From Podarcis cretensis (taxonomy: Eukaryota): a stretch of 64,000 nucleotides of DNA. The stretch spans positions 16,368,001 to 16,432,000 of the forward strand of contig OX638159.1 in NCBI GenBank assembly GCA_951804945.1. Reading direction: 5' to 3'. A program made the translations under genes and the position numbers. The notes under the pieces are model-generated. The model saw only the letters and a list, made by a program, of their open reading frames with translations, was not told the origin of the DNA and did no database searches. Shown here piece after piece: positions 63,905 to 64,000 of this stretch (within the stretch, counting starts at the first letter, position 1; each line of letters opens with the position of its first letter).

Positions 63905-64000
63905 GTCTTTTCTTTCAAAAAAATTTTTTATTGGTTTTCACAACATTATAAACAAACAAACACATAAGACAAACATAAATCATAGCCTTATTAAAAATTA
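63905..64000 (-). mobile_element. 3' end of another L1-clade element (runs off the window)
   Basis: Minus strand ...TGTGAAAACCAATAAAAAATTTT then an A-rich tract, matching the 3' termini at 44770-44800 and 13410-13441. Confidence 0.55.

Noticed and set aside
62434-63967. Many 80-160 aa Arg/Pro/Gly-rich ORFs on both strands
   Set aside because: Expected from stop-codon scarcity in a CpG island; no domain similarity.

Overview
This is vertebrate nuclear DNA, not prokaryotic. The repeats (Sauria SINEs, Bov-B, a Squam3-like SINE, a tRNA-Lys/CR1-tailed SINE, pogo-like MITEs) indicate a squamate, most likely a lacertid lizard. The window holds the 5' part of MEGF10 on the minus strand: a CpG-island promoter with a probable non-coding exon 1 (about 63.2-63.8 kb) and four coding exons (33232-33347, 30412-30513, 29059-29159, 22393-22485). 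These splice in frame and encode the signal peptide, EMI domain and first EGF-like repeat. The next exon was not found and probably lies left of the window. The rest is intron, heavily layered with nested transposable elements. The most unusual signals belong to one L1-clade LINE lineage. (1) A 5'-complete but 3'-truncated, tail-less copy has an intact ORF1, an in-frame-deleted ORF2 and a perfect TSD. (2) A 1.8-kb half-L1-like element has L1 5' and 3' UTRs, a poly(A) tail, a 19-bp TSD and one short divergent coiled-coil ORF. (3) A four-hairpin 5'-UTR fold is conserved between these two diverged elements, with compensatory base changes and shared loops. Also notable are a ~180-bp inverted duplication of intronic DNA with snap-back-type insertions, inverted SINE and MITE pairs bracketing coding exons, and a duplicated/inverted block in the CpG island. 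All calls were made by eye; no database search or folding program was run.
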